Source: Felixounavirus NRG857CP1. From it: DNA of 64,000 nucleotides. The stretch lies in the sequence record OZ035806.1. The stretch is one strand, 5' to 3'. The notes beneath the pieces were generated by a model. The model saw nothing but the letters and a program-made list of their open reading frames with translations, did not search any database and was not told the DNA's origin. Positions 62,595 through 64,000 of the stretch are shown here, in pieces. The position numbers and the translations under genes are program-made. Position 1 is the stretch's first letter. Each line of letters starts with the position of its first letter.

Positions 62595-62796
62595 AAAGAC
62601 ACGAAAACTTATAAGGTCAGCAGTATTCATTGGACGAAATGAGGTCATCCCATTTACAGCAAATGATGTGATAGCTTACAGGAAGAACTTAGTATTCACT
62701 GACTGCTTACGTGGCTTCATCTCTGAACCATTGGAAGACTTTAAAAGTCGTTGTGGTAAAGGTATCATCATTCAAGAGGCAATTATTCATGGCTGA
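62569..62796 (+). CDS. hypothetical protein
   Basis: 75 aa ORF. Confidence 0.25.
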   Translation: MKVILARDKKTRKLIRSAVFIGRNEVIPFTANDVIAYRKNLVFTDCLRGFISEPLEDFKSRCGKGIIIQEAIIHG

Positions 62797-62989
62797 CTTC
62801 TGTAAAGACTGTTCTATCGAAATGTTCGGACGTGATACAGGTGACTTAAAAGGTCTTATCACTGAAGATGATTTTAAAGCTGGTTATGCAATGCCAGTAA
62901 TCTGTGAAGGTTGTGGGTGCATCTGGGTAGACCATGAGGGGCAACGTGTAAAACCTTCAGAAGATAAAGAATCTTGGGAGAGATGCTAA
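62789..62989 (+). CDS. zinc-ribbon protein
   Basis: CKDC...CEGCGC cysteine pairs; start at ATG 62789 (ORF open to 62711). Confidence 0.35.
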   Translation: MADFCKDCSIEMFGRDTGDLKGLITEDDFKAGYAMPVICEGCGCIWVDHEGQRVKPSEDKESWERC

Positions 62990-63775
62990 ATGGGTATTGT
63001 AAAAATCATCAATGGTGATATCTTTGCTGCATTTGATAAAGGTAAGTTTGACATCATTGGTCATGGTTGTAACTGCATGAACCTAATGGGCGCAGGTATC
63101 GCTGACAAGATTTCTAAACTTTACCCAAAAGCATATGAGACCGATACAGAAGTTTATCTCTATGCAGGTGGTATAGGTCACAAACCCTGTGAGAATTTAC
63201 TAGGTAATTTCTCTGTAGCACGCTTAAAACAAGGTCGTATAGCTAACCTTTACACTCAGCTTAAGACTGGTAAAGATGCCCGATACAGTGCTTTAGAGTC
63301 ATCTTTGAAACAGCTTAACAGATACTGTGAAGTCAATCAGTTGAAGAAAGTTGGTTTACCTATGATTGGTGTAGGTATCGGTGGACTTGACCCTCAAGCC
63401 GTCACAGTTATCATCAATCAGGTGATGAAGAGTGTAGATGTTTATCTATATGTCTATGAAGGAGAGATGTACCACAAGTTACTCTCAGGTTGGAAGAACT
63501 ACTGTGAACCAGAATACTTTGCAGGTGTAGCAGTGTTCACAGATAACGCAGTTACCCTCTTCAGACGAAGAAAAGGTAAGATACATCAAAGTAACCCTCC
63601 GGTTGAAAAGATGTCTCTAAGTAACGCTCTAGTTACCCACCTGTCAAAGAGCAATCACAGAATTGCTGTAACATTTGGTAGTGATGCAGAAGCTTATATC
63701 TATGCAAGAACTGATGAGGATATTGAGGCAATCTTCTCTTCACCAGAAGTTACCTTCTTAGACGCAAAGAACTAA
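62990..63775 (+). CDS. macrodomain-like (ADP-ribose binding/processing) protein
   Basis: N-terminus IINGDIFAAFDKGKFDIIGHGCNCMNLMGAGIADKI matches the macrodomain pattern GDIT...D-x-IVNAAN...GGGV by eye. Confidence 0.45.
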   Translation: MGIVKIINGDIFAAFDKGKFDIIGHGCNCMNLMGAGIADKISKLYPKAYETDTEVYLYAGGIGHKPCENLLGNFSVARLKQGRIANLYTQLKTGKDARYSALESSLKQLNRYCEVNQLKKVGLPMIGVGIGGLDPQAVTVIINQVMKSVDVYLYVYEGEMYHKLLSGWKNYCEPEYFAGVAVFTDNAVTLFRRRKGKIHQSNPPVEKMSLSNALVTHLSKSNHRIAVTFGSDAEAYIYARTDEDIEAIFSSPEVTFLDAKN

Positions 63776-63839
63776 GAAACTCTGTAGGATATCCACAATA
63801 GCCTAAGCCTTTCTTATCTGGTAAATTTTTCAGGTAAGG

Positions 63840-63985
63840 AGGGCTTTTTCATTTCAGATTTGTGCAGGTAGATTTCTCTACAGAACTCTATAGAGAAAAT
63901 TTTGAACTCCAAAGAGAAAATTCATTTTCAAACTGTGCAGGTAATCTCCAAAGAGCTTTTTCATTTTCAAAACGTGCAGACCCCG
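63840..63985 (+). repeat. three copies of a ~23-bp motif (ttcattt-caaa-tgtgcagg) in terminal non-coding region
   Basis: ttcatttcagatttgtgcaggta (about 63848), ttcattttcaaactgtgcaggta (63921), ttcattttcaaaacgtgcagacc (63957); related tttgtgcag element at about 59690 upstream of a TATAAT. Confidence 0.6.
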
Positions 63986-64000
63986 CTCAGGTCGGGCAAG

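Noticed and set aside
63976-64000. GC-rich terminal segment as a tRNA gene
   Set aside because: Only about 25 nt are inside the window and no complete cloverleaf can be folded; possible start of a tRNA or structured RNA but unsupported here.
63776-64000. CRISPR array (short direct repeats at window end) and repeats in 27190-27515
   Set aside because: Repeats are imperfect, irregularly spaced and too few; no cas genes; not a CRISPR array.

Overview
The window reads as one contiguous segment of an AT-rich, virulent-type tailed dsDNA phage genome with a contractile-tail (myovirus-like) structural module. Layout: (1) plus-strand morphogenesis block 30-22927: large terminase, portal, S49-type prohead protease/scaffold, decoration-like and major capsid proteins, connector proteins, sheath and tube candidates, a chaperone pair with a -1 frameshift site, tape measure, baseplate proteins and two tail fibres with His-x-His repeat tips; (2) minus-strand block 23612-33328: thymidylate synthase, DHFR, small proteins, ATP-dependent DNA ligase, an HNH endonuclease and a family A DNA polymerase; (3) plus-strand block 33586-63775: dNMP kinase-like protein, T7 gp4-like primase-helicase, SSB-like protein, 5'-3' exonuclease, HNH and GIY-YIG-like endonucleases, MazG-like protein, class Ia RNR (NrdA/NrdB plus glutaredoxin-like protein), class III RNR (NrdD/NrdG), a PRPP-synthetase-family plus Nampt-family gene pair, an rIIA-like GHKL ATPase, lysis candidates and a macrodomain-like protein. 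The most interesting candidate is the PRPP-synthetase-like/Nampt-like pair (52800-55508), which matches the two-gene architecture of a phage NAD+ reconstitution counter-defence pathway; it sits near other possible counter-defence genes (rIIA-like, macrodomain, MazG-like). No rRNA, complete tRNA, CRISPR array, integrase or transposase was recognised. Gene content resembles Felix-O1-like enterobacterial myoviruses, but that is an impression from memory. All calls rest on reading the translated ORFs and the nucleotide sequence by eye; no database search was run.
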